Positions 41,769-49,862 of a DNA stretch of 64,000 bases are shown here, piece by piece. Position numbers and translations under genes: made by a program. The stretch comes from Devosia sp. (GTDB taxonomy: Bacteria; Pseudomonadota; Alphaproteobacteria; Rhizobiales; Devosiaceae). The notes under the pieces are model-generated. The model did no database searches, had not been told where the DNA came from, and saw only the letters and a list, made by a program, of their open reading frames with translations. The stretch covers positions 34,990 through 98,989 of the forward strand of contig JAYRZA010000013.1 in assembly GCA_041916695.1 (NCBI GenBank). Reading direction: 5' to 3'. Every line of letters starts with the position of its first letter. Position 1 is the stretch's first letter.

Positions 41769-43283
41769 CTAGAACTGCTCGATCCGGATCATCTGCGGAT
41801 CGCCGACGATGAAGCCGTCGCCCTTGATGCGGGCCAGCGCATCCCGAACCGAATGCTCCATGGTGGAGTGAGTGAGCAACACCACGGTCCGGATGTCGAT
41901 CCCCACCGCGCCCGGTTCGCTCACGCGCAGATCCGGCCGCTGGATGACGCTTTCGAGAGAAATGCCAGCCTCACCCATGCGAGAAGCAATAGCGGCAAAG
42001 GCGCCGGGGACATCCTTGGCATTTAGTCGGATGTAGTACCCGCCCTCGTGTGCCCGCATCGGCGCCCTGCGGTAGGGGGTGAGTTCGGCAACGGGAACGC
42101 CGAGCGGCGGCACCCGCGTGCCCCGCGCGATATCGAGGATATCGGACAGTACGGATGAGGCCGTGGGCGGGCCACCGGCGCCCGGGCCGGCGAGGAGTAG
42201 CTCGTGGACGTGGTCGGTCTCGAGCGCCACGGCATTGAGGACGCCATCGACGCCAGCAATCGCCGAAGTCTTGGGGACGAGCGTCGGGTGGACGCGCTGG
42301 TCGATGCCGTCGTTGGAGCGCTGCGCGATCCCGAGGAGCTTGATCCTGTAGCCGAGGTCGCCGGCCACCTTGATGTCGGCCTGACTGATGGTGGTGATTC
42401 CCTCGACGAAGATCTCATCGGGGGCAATCTCGCAACCGAAGCAGAGCGAGGCGAGTATCGCCAGCTTGTGCGCGGTGTCGTACCCCTCCACGTCGAAAGT
42501 CGGGTCGGCTTCCGCGTAGCCAAGCTTCTGGGCGTCGGCCAGACACTCGGCGAACCCGATCCCCTCGTTTCCCATGCGGGTGAGGATGTAATTGCAGGTG
42601 CCATTCATGATGCCGTAGACGCGGGCGATGCGGGCCGAGCCGAGGCCTTCGCGGAGGGTCTTGATCACCGGGATGCCGCCGGCCACAGCCGCCTCGAAAC
42701 CGAGTTGCGCGCCCGTCTCCTCTGCAATCCTGGCCAGAGCCACACCGTGGCGGGCCAGCAGGGCCTTGTTGGCGGTCACGACCGGCCGGCCGATCTCCAG
42801 GGCAGCCTTTACCGCAGCGAGCGCCGGACCGTCTTCGCCTCCGATCAACTCGACAAAGAGATCGATGCCGTCCCATTTGGCGAGGGCGACCGGATCGTCG
42901 AACCACTCGAGGTCCCTTGTATCGATGCCGCGATCGCGGCTGCGGGAACGAGCGCAAACGGCAGTGACGGCGATCTTCCGCCCGAGCTTGCGCGTCAGTT
43001 CCTCGCCATCCTTCTGGATGATGCGGACCAGAGTCGCGCCGACATTTCCCAGCCCGGCCACTCCGATACGGAGCGGCGCCACCGCCGCGGCGTCAGCATG
43101 TTCTTGCATCGCCCTCAGAATACGCGTGCGCGTATCCGAGCGCGGCTCGCGCCCCTCCCGCAGATCGAAGACGAAGAGTGGATCGCCGGCGATGGTGCGG
43201 CCGAACCGGGTGGGAGTCCAGCCACGTGCAGCGATGAAGGACTCTACGGCCTGGCGAAAGGACTGGATATCGGACATGGACAA
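41769..43283 (-). CDS. hom: Homoserine dehydrogenase (with an unusual in-frame ~58-aa N-terminal extension; alternative start at 43109)
   Basis: LRIGVAGLGNVGATLVRII NAD fold, catalytic-domain motifs, and a C-terminal ACT domain (YYIRLNAKDVPGAFAAI). See the findings for the extension. Confidence 0.9.
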   Translation of the reverse strand: MSMSDIQSFRQAVESFIAARGWTPTRFGRTIAGDPLFVFDLREGREPRSDTRTRILRAMQEHADAAAVAPLRIGVAGLGNVGATLVRIIQKDGEELTRKLGRKIAVTAVCARSRSRDRGIDTRDLEWFDDPVALAKWDGIDLFVELIGGEDGPALAAVKAALEIGRPVVTANKALLARHGVALARIAEETGAQLGFEAAVAGGIPVIKTLREGLGSARIARVYGIMNGTCNYILTRMGNEGIGFAECLADAQKLGYAEADPTFDVEGYDTAHKLAILASLCFGCEIAPDEIFVEGITTISQADIKVAGDLGYRIKLLGIAQRSNDGIDQRVHPTLVPKTSAIAGVDGVLNAVALETDHVHELLLAGPGAGGPPTASSVLSDILDIARGTRVPPLGVPVAELTPYRRAPMRAHEGGYYIRLNAKDVPGAFAAIASRMGEAGISLESVIQRPDLRVSEPGAVGIDIRTVVLLTHSTMEHSVRDALARIKGDGFIVGDPQMIRIEQF

Positions 43284-43379
43284 AGGCTCTCGAACGTATC
43301 CGAGAGCTATGGATAGGAACTGGCCTACCAGTCAATAGGATTGATGGTGTGCCGTGTTGTGGTTACGCAGACTGGCCAG

Positions 43380-44597
43380 CTACTTGGCCGCAGTGATCGG
43401 CACGACGTTGTCCATGCTCGGGGCGGCAGACAGGAACTTCTTGATGTTCCGTGCTGCCTGGCGGATGCGCTGTTCGTTCTCGACGAGCGCGAGACGGACA
43501 TACTGATCACCGTATTCGCCGAAGCCGACTCCAGGGGCGACGGCGACACCAGTCTCCTGGATCAGGAGCTTGGCGAACTCCAGCGAGCCCAGGTGCGCGT
43601 ACTGATCCGGGATGGGGGACCAGACGAACATGGTGGCTTTCGGCGACGGCAGGGTCCAGCCCGAGCGGGCAAAGCTTTCCACCATTACGTCGCGGCGCGT
43701 GCGATAGACGTTGCGCACCTCCTCGATGACGTCGTCGGAGCCGTTGAGCGCCGCGGCGGCAGCGACCTGGATCGGCGTGAAGGCGCCATAGTCGAGATAG
43801 GACTTCACCCGGGTCAGGGCCGCGATGAGCCGTTCGTTGCCGACCGCGAAGCCGACGCGCCAGCCGGGCATCGAGTAAGTCTTCGACATCGAGGTGAACT
43901 CTACCGTGATGTCGATGGCACCGGGGACCTGCAGCACCGATGGCGGGATGTCGTCGTCAAAGTAGATCTCGGAGTAGGCGAGATCGGAAAGGATAAAGAT
44001 GTTGTGGTCGCGGCAGTACTTGACCACTTCCTTGTAGAAGTCGAGCGTCGCGGTGTAGGCGGTCGGATTTGCCGGGTAGTTCAGGATCAGCGCGATCGGC
44101 TTGGGGATCGAGTGCCGCACGGCGCGGTCGAGCGCCCGCAGGAAGTTCTCGTCGGGTTCCGCGGGCATGGAGCGCACGACGCCCCCGCTCATGATGAAAC
44201 CGAAGGAGTGGATCGGATAGGTGGGATTGGGGACGAGGACCACGTCGCCGGGCGCGGTGATCGCCGCAGCCATGTTGGCGAAGCCCTCCTTGGAGCCGAG
44301 CGTGGCAACCACCTGGGTGTCGGGGTTCACCTTCACGCCGAAACGGCGCCCGTAGTAGCTCGCCTGAGCCTTGCGGAGGCCCGGAATGCCCTTCGAAGAG
44401 GAGTAGCGATGGGTGCGAGGATCCTTCACTGTCTCCTTCAGCTTGTCGACGATGTGCTGCGGCGTTGGCATGTCCGGATTGCCCATGCCTAGGTCGATGA
44501 TATCCACCCCCGAGGCCCGCAGACGGGCCTTGATTGGGTCGATATGGGCAAAGACGTAGGGCGGCAGGCGGCGGATACGGTGGAAATCTTCGTTCAT
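43380..44597 (-). CDS. Class I/II pyridoxal-phosphate aminotransferase (AlaA / LL-DAP-aminotransferase-like)
   Basis: RLPPYVF...IDLGMGNPD...THRYSSSKGIP, and the SKTYSMPGWRVG PLP-lysine motif. Confidence 0.85.
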   Translation of the reverse strand: MNEDFHRIRRLPPYVFAHIDPIKARLRASGVDIIDLGMGNPDMPTPQHIVDKLKETVKDPRTHRYSSSKGIPGLRKAQASYYGRRFGVKVNPDTQVVATLGSKEGFANMAAAITAPGDVVLVPNPTYPIHSFGFIMSGGVVRSMPAEPDENFLRALDRAVRHSIPKPIALILNYPANPTAYTATLDFYKEVVKYCRDHNIFILSDLAYSEIYFDDDIPPSVLQVPGAIDITVEFTSMSKTYSMPGWRVGFAVGNERLIAALTRVKSYLDYGAFTPIQVAAAAALNGSDDVIEEVRNVYRTRRDVMVESFARSGWTLPSPKATMFVWSPIPDQYAHLGSLEFAKLLIQETGVAVAPGVGFGEYGDQYVRLALVENEQRIRQAARNIKKFLSAAPSMDNVVPITAAK

Positions 44598-44716
44598 GGC
44601 TGAACCTCGGTGAACCCGCGGCGCACCGCTCTTGGTGCAGGCGACCTCGTACTGAGGACGGCATTATTGCGGAATTTGGGTTGTGACTCGGTAAAGACGG
44701 CCGTCAAGGCCGCCGG

Positions 44717-44773
44717 GCTCGCTGTCTTCGCTCTCCCCAGCCGCAATGCGGCCCGCGGGGAGAGCTAGCGAGC
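44717..44773. other. Long imperfect GC-rich hairpin in the 300-bp intergenic region
   Basis: GCTCGCT gtcttc GCTCTCCCC a GCCGC aat GCGGC ccgc GGGGAGAGC t AGCGAGC. Three nested stems of 7, 9 and 5 bp can be read directly. Confidence 0.5.
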
Positions 44774-44898
44774 GGGGGCGAAAGCGCGCAAGGTCGCACC
44801 GATCTTCCCGGCGGCACCTCTCGTCGCTGCTACTCCCTGAGTCATGGCCAGAACCTGTGAGCCGATCGTGGCTGATTAGTGGCGGGCATGCCCGCGGG

Positions 44899-45546
44899 TC
44901 AAGACCTTTTGGCGCTGCGGGCGCGGTTCAGCGAATAGATGACCCCGACGAGGATAGGCAGCAGCACCGCCACGATCGCTGAGGTGAAGAGCGCTGCGCC
45001 GGGCGGAAGCAGCAGGGCGGCGATGAACAGCGCGAGACCCGAGATCATCGCGAGCGCACCGGTGAGCCGGTGCGTTGCCTGCCAATTGCCGGCATCGGCG
45101 AGGGTCGAGGAAATGCGCACGCCGGCAACGCTGTTCGGCTGGGACTTGGGCAGCGCGTTGCCAACAACGAGCAGCATGACGGCGAGCACGCCGACGATCG
45201 CCTGCACCATGCTGACCGCAACGCCGGTGCCGATCAGGACAGTGACCGCCTCGGCGACGAGGCCCATGAGCAGCAAGGCGGTGATCGCGGCGCCGACGAT
45301 GGCGCTGCCGGACTTGGCGCTGGGTGCAAAGCGCAGCGCCAGGCTAAAGAGCACCACCATCGCCAACTGCAGGCCGAGCGGCAGGATCAGCGCCAGTTCG
45401 CGCGGCAGGAACCAGTCGGCCTCGCCGTGGACGTTCCAGTGGACCGGCAGTTCAACCCCGGCCGGCACGAGGACGAAGCCCGCAATCGCAGCGATGACCG
45501 TCGCGGCGATCAGGGCGAGGTTGAGGGGGGACAGCAATCGGGTCAC
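44899..45546 (-). CDS. SdpI/DUF1648-like membrane protein
   Basis: Six hydrophobic segments and an N-terminal VELPVHWNVHGEADWF motif. The start overlaps the sdpR-like stop by 4 nt. Confidence 0.65.
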   Translation of the reverse strand: MTRLLSPLNLALIAATVIAAIAGFVLVPAGVELPVHWNVHGEADWFLPRELALILPLGLQLAMVVLFSLALRFAPSAKSGSAIVGAAITALLLMGLVAEAVTVLIGTGVAVSMVQAIVGVLAVMLLVVGNALPKSQPNSVAGVRISSTLADAGNWQATHRLTGALAMISGLALFIAALLLPPGAALFTSAIVAVLLPILVGVIYSLNRARSAKRS

Positions 45547-45812
45547 TTCTTCATCTCCCTCAGATCGAGCAGGCCCGAAAGCGCCTGTTCGAGGATGGAC
45601 GTGTTGAGATGATAGACAAGGCTCGTGCCGTGGCGCTCGACGGCCACGAGGCCCGCGTCCTTGAGCTTGGCGAAGTGCACCGACATGGTCGGCTTGCTCA
45701 GCTCGAAATGGCCGGCCAACTCGCCCGCGCTCAGCGGCCCGGCTTTCAAGATGCCGAGGATTTCGCGCCGGACCGGGTGCGACAAGGCTTCAAAAACAGC
45801 GTTGACACCCAT
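45543..45812 (-). CDS. ArsR-type autorepressor, SdpR-like
   Basis: FEALSHPVRREILGILKAGPLSAGELAGHFELSKPTMSVHFAKLKDAGLV is an ArsR-family wHTH, translationally coupled to the SdpI-like gene. Confidence 0.75.
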   Translation of the reverse strand: MGVNAVFEALSHPVRREILGILKAGPLSAGELAGHFELSKPTMSVHFAKLKDAGLVAVERHGTSLVYHLNTSILEQALSGLLDLREMKK

Positions 45813-45858
45813 CCGTCATCTCCTGACGGTAATTATTTCGTCCATTCTCTAATTAGAG

Positions 45859-46200
45859 TCAAGGCGAAATTTGTACGGTCCCGCCGACGGGCTCCAGCGA
45901 CTTGAGGTATTGCACTATGGCCTCAGCCTGTTCCGGATCGAACTCGAACTCGGGCATCTCGGGGTGCGCGGTCACGATCCCCTCGACAAGCGACTCGCTG
46001 AGGTCGCCGACGTCGTAGCGCAGGTGCAATTCCCTGAAGCGGGGCGCCGCAGCCAGCTTGCTGTCGCCGGTCGCGCCAACGGCATGGCAATCCGAGCAGT
46101 ACTCATCGACCAGCAGATGCCCCTCCTCGATCGGATCGGCCAAGGCCGGCACTGCGACCAGCAGGAGTCCCGCCAGCAGACTGATCGGCAGGGCACGCAT
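45859..46200 (-). CDS. Small periplasmic c-type cytochrome
   Basis: Signal peptide MRALPISLLAGLLLVAVPALA, heme motif CSDCH, and a distal Met candidate in HPEMPEF. Confidence 0.75.
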   Translation of the reverse strand: MRALPISLLAGLLLVAVPALADPIEEGHLLVDEYCSDCHAVGATGDSKLAAAPRFRELHLRYDVGDLSESLVEGIVTAHPEMPEFEFDPEQAEAIVQYLKSLEPVGGTVQISP

Positions 46201-46274
46201 ATTTTGGGTCTCCTCTCCTCACTAATGCGCTTTCTACAAGATCGCGACGACGACCGATTGACGGAGCGCAAGCT

Positions 46275-47282
46275 TCAGCGCACCGGCAGGTATTTCAGGA
46301 ACTGGTCGGCGCTGACCGACCAGGAGAACCGTTCTGCGTAATCGCGGCAGGCGCCGCGCGGTATGTCGAGGGCCGCCAGGGCGGCCTTGCGCAGATCGTC
46401 ATCGAGCACGCCAACCGGCGCCCCTCCGATGACGTCAATCGGACCAGTGACCGGAAACGCGGCGACCGGAGTGCCGCTGGCAAGAGCCTCGAGCAGCACA
46501 AGGCCAAAAGTATCCGTCCGGGAAGGAAAAACGAACACATCGGCAGAAGCGAAGAGTCGGGCCAGATCCTCGCCGTGCCGGGGCCCGAGGAAAACCGCGG
46601 CGGCGTGCTCCACCCTGAGTTTTTCGAGGCTCGGGCCGCCGCCGACCACGACTTTGGTCCCCGGCAGGTCGAGCCGCAGGAAGGCCTCGATGTTCTTTTC
46701 GACGGCAACGCGGCCGACATAGAGAAAGACGGGTCCAGAATAGGGCAACACCTCGCGCCGTCCCGGATGAAAGAGCTCGGTGTCGACCCCCTTCTGCCAG
46801 ATGACGGCGTTGGTGAAACCCCGCCGCTCGAGCAGGTGCTTGAGGTGCTGCGTGCCCACCAGGCAGTAGGTCGCCGCCCCATGGAACCATCGCAAGAAGC
46901 GATAGCTGACCTGCAGCGGAACCGGCAGCCGGGCGCGCAGGTATTCGGGGAACTGGGTGTGATAGGCGGTCGAGAACGGAAAGCCGTTCCTGCGGCACCA
47001 GCGACGGGCGATGAGGCCGAGCGGCCCTTCGGTAGCAATGTGGATCGCATCGGCGCCGGCCGCCACGATGCGGTCGTAGACCGGCCGGGTCAGGGTGGCG
47101 GAGAGGCGAATCTCGCCATAGCCCGGCATGGGAAAGGTGCGGAACTCGGCCGGGGTCAAGAGCTTCACCGCGATGCCCCGGCGCCCCAGTTCGCGCGCCA
47201 CGAGTTCGATGGAGCGCACGACTCCGTTGACCTGCGGGTGCCAGGCATCGGTGACGATGAGGACGGTCTTGGGCTGCGGCAT
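46275..47282 (-). CDS. Glycosyltransferase, GT4 (GT-B) family
   Basis: N-terminal VLIVTDAWHPQVNGVVRS and a C-terminal E-x7-E-like FVFPSRTDTFGLVLLEALASGTPV. Confidence 0.8.
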   Translation of the reverse strand: MPQPKTVLIVTDAWHPQVNGVVRSIELVARELGRRGIAVKLLTPAEFRTFPMPGYGEIRLSATLTRPVYDRIVAAGADAIHIATEGPLGLIARRWCRRNGFPFSTAYHTQFPEYLRARLPVPLQVSYRFLRWFHGAATYCLVGTQHLKHLLERRGFTNAVIWQKGVDTELFHPGRREVLPYSGPVFLYVGRVAVEKNIEAFLRLDLPGTKVVVGGGPSLEKLRVEHAAAVFLGPRHGEDLARLFASADVFVFPSRTDTFGLVLLEALASGTPVAAFPVTGPIDVIGGAPVGVLDDDLRKAALAALDIPRGACRDYAERFSWSVSADQFLKYLPVR

Positions 47283-47322
47283 TGGCTGCTCTTGTTAGGT
47301 GCCGAATGCGTAGCCGGTAGTA

Positions 47323-47359
47323 ACCGAAAAAGCAAAAGGGCCGGTCGAGCCGGCCCTTT
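47323..47359 (-). terminator. Rho-independent terminator after rpsI
   Basis: The minus strand reads AAAGGGCCGG-ctcga-CCGGCCCTTT followed by TTTTGCTTTTTCGG, a 10-bp GC-rich stem plus U-tract, 22 nt downstream of the rpsI stop. Confidence 0.8.
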
Positions 47360-47380
47360 CGACGTCTGATCCGACAGCGC

Positions 47381-47866
47381 TCAGCGCTTGGAGAACTGGA
47401 AGGACCGACGGGCCTTGGCCTTGCCGTATTTCTTGCGTTCGACCACACGGCTGTCGCGCGTCAGGAACCCGCCCGCCTTCAGCACGCCGCGCAACTCCGG
47501 CTCATAGTAGGTCAGCGCCTTGGAGATGCCGTGACGAACCGCGCCCGCCTGGCCGGACAGGCCACCGCCCGAAACCGAAGCAACGATGTCGTACTGGTCC
47601 TTGCGCGCCGCAGCGACGATCGGCTGCTGCAGCACCATCTGAAGCACAGGGCGGGCAAAGAACTGGTTGAACTCCTTGCCATTGACGGTGATCTTGCCGG
47701 CGCCCGGCTTGATCCAGACGCGCGCGATGGCGTTCTTGCGCTTGCCGGTCGCATAGGCGCGGCCCTGCGCGTCGAGCTTCTGCACGTGAACCGGCGCCGG
47801 GTTGGCGGCAGCGACGGCGGCAGAAGCCGCGCCAAGGTCTTCGAGCGAGTTGATGGTCTCGGCCAT
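47381..47866 (-). CDS. rpsI: 30S ribosomal protein S9
   Basis: C-terminal ...[25 protein letters not shown] and [19 protein letters not shown]. Confidence 0.95.
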   Translation of the reverse strand: MAETINSLEDLGAASAAVAAANPAPVHVQKLDAQGRAYATGKRKNAIARVWIKPGAGKITVNGKEFNQFFARPVLQMVLQQPIVAAARKDQYDIVASVSGGGLSGQAGAVRHGISKALTYYEPELRGVLKAGGFLTRDSRVVERKKYGKAKARRSFQFSKR

Positions 47867-48330
47867 TACTTGGCCCTCACGTTCTTGGAGTTGAAGGAGG
47901 CGACGTCGAGCTTCTCAGGCTGCTGTGCCTCATGTGGATGGCTCTCGCCGGCATAGACACGCAGGTTGCCGTACTGCTTGCGTCCCAGCGGCCCTTCCGG
48001 GATCATGCGGCGCACGGCGTTTTCGAGCACGCGCTCGGGGAAGCGGCCGTTGAGAAGCTCGCGCTGGGTGCGGTCCTTGATGCCGCCGGGGTGGCCGGTG
48101 TGCCAGTAGAAGCGCCGCTGGTCGAGCTTCTTGCCGGTCAGCTTCACCTTGTCGGCATTGATCACCACGACGTGGTCGCCGGTATCCATGTGCGGGGTGA
48201 AGGTCGGCAGGTGCTTGCCACGCAGGCGCATGGCGATGATGGAGGCAACGCGGCCCACCACCAGATCCTTGGCGTCGATCAGGATCCACTTTTTCTGGAT
48301 CTCGTCCGGCTTCGCCGTGTAGGTGCTCAT
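47866..48330 (-). CDS. rplM: 50S ribosomal protein L13
   Basis: [30 protein letters not shown]..., starting at the internal ATG 48330 of track ORF 47866..48402. Confidence 0.95.
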   Translation of the reverse strand: MSTYTAKPDEIQKKWILIDAKDLVVGRVASIIAMRLRGKHLPTFTPHMDTGDHVVVINADKVKLTGKKLDQRRFYWHTGHPGGIKDRTQRELLNGRFPERVLENAVRRMIPEGPLGRKQYGNLRVYAGESHPHEAQQPEKLDVASFNSKNVRAK

Positions 48331-48386
48331 CGATTGACTGTCCTTGAAAGCAGGCAGGGGGTCCCTGCCCCGGATTTCGTGGCGCG

Positions 48387-48415
48387 GATATACGTAGGTC
48401 ACCGCCTAACGTCAA
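48387..48415 (-). promoter_or_regulatory. Candidate sigma70 promoter of rplM-rpsI (TTGACG-N17-TATATC)
   Basis: The minus strand reads cTTGACG (48415-48410), a 17-nt spacer, TATATC (48392-48387), about 55 nt upstream of the rplM ATG. Confidence 0.55.
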
Positions 48416-48455
48416 GTCCGAAGAATTGTCTTTATAAATCAATGATCTGGAAGGA

Positions 48456-48492
48456 CGGTATCTGGATACCGTAATGCGGTATCCAGATACCG
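48456..48492. repeat. Perfect 16-bp inverted repeat with a 5-nt spacer, between the ctaA stop and the rplM promoter
   Basis: CGGTATCTGGATACCG (48456-48471) taatg CGGTATCCAGATACCG (48477-48492). Each arm is itself nearly palindromic (GGTATC..GATACC). Confidence 0.8.
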
Positions 48493-48504
48493 CTTCGCAA
48501 AGGG

Positions 48505-49593
48505 CTAGATTTGGTTGGTATTCCGACGGCGCCGCGCCGTGGTGTCGGCGAGGTAGGCGGTGACGGCCCCGAGAAGCATGAAGGCCAGTGCCTGATGGCC
48601 GAGGGCCAGCGAGATCGGCACCACGGTCAGCAGAGTTGCGATTCCGAGGATCACCTGAGCCAGCACCAGGACCGCAATTCTGGGCAACCAACCATGCACG
48701 CCGGCAAACCCTCCGCGCCGATGCCGCCACCACAATAGCCAAGCGACATAGACCAGGATCATGTAGGCGAGGACGCGGTGCGAGAACTGCACGGTGAGAG
48801 CATTCTCGAACAGGTTCTTCCAGGCAGGGCTCATGGCGTCGAGCCCTGCGGGAACGAGCGCGCCATCCATCAGGGGCCAGGTATTGTAGGCCATGCCGGC
48901 GTCGAGACCAGCGACGAAGGCGCCCGCGACGATCTGTATGAGCAAAAGCAGGAGCAGTCCGACCACCGGCCAGCCCGCTGGGCCCGCCAACGGCACGGGC
49001 CGAAGACGTCGCGCGACCCATATCAGCGCCATGAACAAGAGCGACGCGGCGAACAAGTGCGCAGCAAGACGATATTGAGACACCGAAGTGAGTTCGGACA
49101 ACCCGGACGATACCATCCACCAGCCGAGAAATCCCTGAAAGCCGCCGAGCACGAAGAGGCCCGCAAGCGGGACGGCGAGGTTCCAGGTGAAGCGACGCTG
49201 GACCAGAAAGACGAGGAAGGGCACGGCGAACGCGACGCCAATGACGCGACCAAGGAAGCGATGTCCCCACTCCCACCAGAATATCGACTTGAAATCCTCG
49301 ATCCCCATCCAGGCATTCTGCACACCCTGCGGGATCTGCCGGTAGGCCTCGAACTCGGCCTGCCAATCCGCATTCGACAGTGGCGGAACAACTCCCGAGA
49401 TCGGCTTCCACGACGTGATCGACAGCCCGGACTCCGTAAGGCGCGTGGCGCCGCCGACGACGACCATCGTAAGTACAAGCAGCGCCATGACATAGAGCCA
49501 GATGCGAACGGGCTTCAGGCGATCATGCACGAGTTGCTCGATGATGGATTGTTCGGTTGCGCTGAGAGCCAAGATGCGCTCCTTTCGGCGCAA
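48505..49593 (-). CDS. ctaA: Heme A synthase (COX15/CtaA)
   Basis: VVVGGATRLTESGLSITSWKPISGVVPP...WQAEFEAYRQIPQ...EWGHR motifs and 8 TM segments. Confidence 0.85.
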   Translation of the reverse strand: MRRKERILALSATEQSIIEQLVHDRLKPVRIWLYVMALLVLTMVVVGGATRLTESGLSITSWKPISGVVPPLSNADWQAEFEAYRQIPQGVQNAWMGIEDFKSIFWWEWGHRFLGRVIGVAFAVPFLVFLVQRRFTWNLAVPLAGLFVLGGFQGFLGWWMVSSGLSELTSVSQYRLAAHLFAASLLFMALIWVARRLRPVPLAGPAGWPVVGLLLLLLIQIVAGAFVAGLDAGMAYNTWPLMDGALVPAGLDAMSPAWKNLFENALTVQFSHRVLAYMILVYVAWLLWWRHRRGGFAGVHGWLPRIAVLVLAQVILGIATLLTVVPISLALGHQALAFMLLGAVTAYLADTTARRRRNTNQI

Positions 49594-49655
49594 CTGCTAC
49601 TGCCTGCGATGGCGGCTGACAAATGCCGCGTTGCCGCATGAATACCGGGATCGCG

Positions 49656-49859
49656 ATGACCACGAGGACAAGAAAGCTGACCGGCACGGTATTGATCCTG
49701 CTGTCGATCGTGGCGTGGTCGATCTTGGCGAGCTGGATCTACATGAGCCTGTTGGTGGAGGCGCCGTGGTGGCTGACGATCGGCTTCTTCGCGTTGGCAG
49801 GGACGAGCTGGTTCGTGCCGGCGGCGGTCATCATCCGGTGGATGGTGAAACCGGACTGA
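49656..49859 (+). CDS. Small two-TM membrane protein (DUF2842-like)
   Basis: MTTRTRKLTGTVLILLSIVAWSILASWIY...WWLTIGFFALAGTSWFVPAAVIIRWM. It is divergent from ctaA, as commonly seen in alphaproteobacteria (from memory). Confidence 0.55.
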   Translation: MTTRTRKLTGTVLILLSIVAWSILASWIYMSLLVEAPWWLTIGFFALAGTSWFVPAAVIIRWMVKPD

Positions 49860-49862
49860 GAC

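Noticed and set aside
40118-41772. 434-aa (minus) and 446-aa (plus) ORFs overlapping glpX and the hypothetical gene
   Set aside because: These are off-frame or antisense to the clearly recognisable GlpX. Their composition is Arg/Gly/Pro/His-rich.
46435-49411. 337-aa and 493-aa minus-strand ORFs spanning GT4/rpsI and rplM/ctaA
   Set aside because: They are alternative frames of well-supported genes (ribosomal proteins S9 and L13, CtaA, GT4), and they cross the intergenic promoter and terminator signals.
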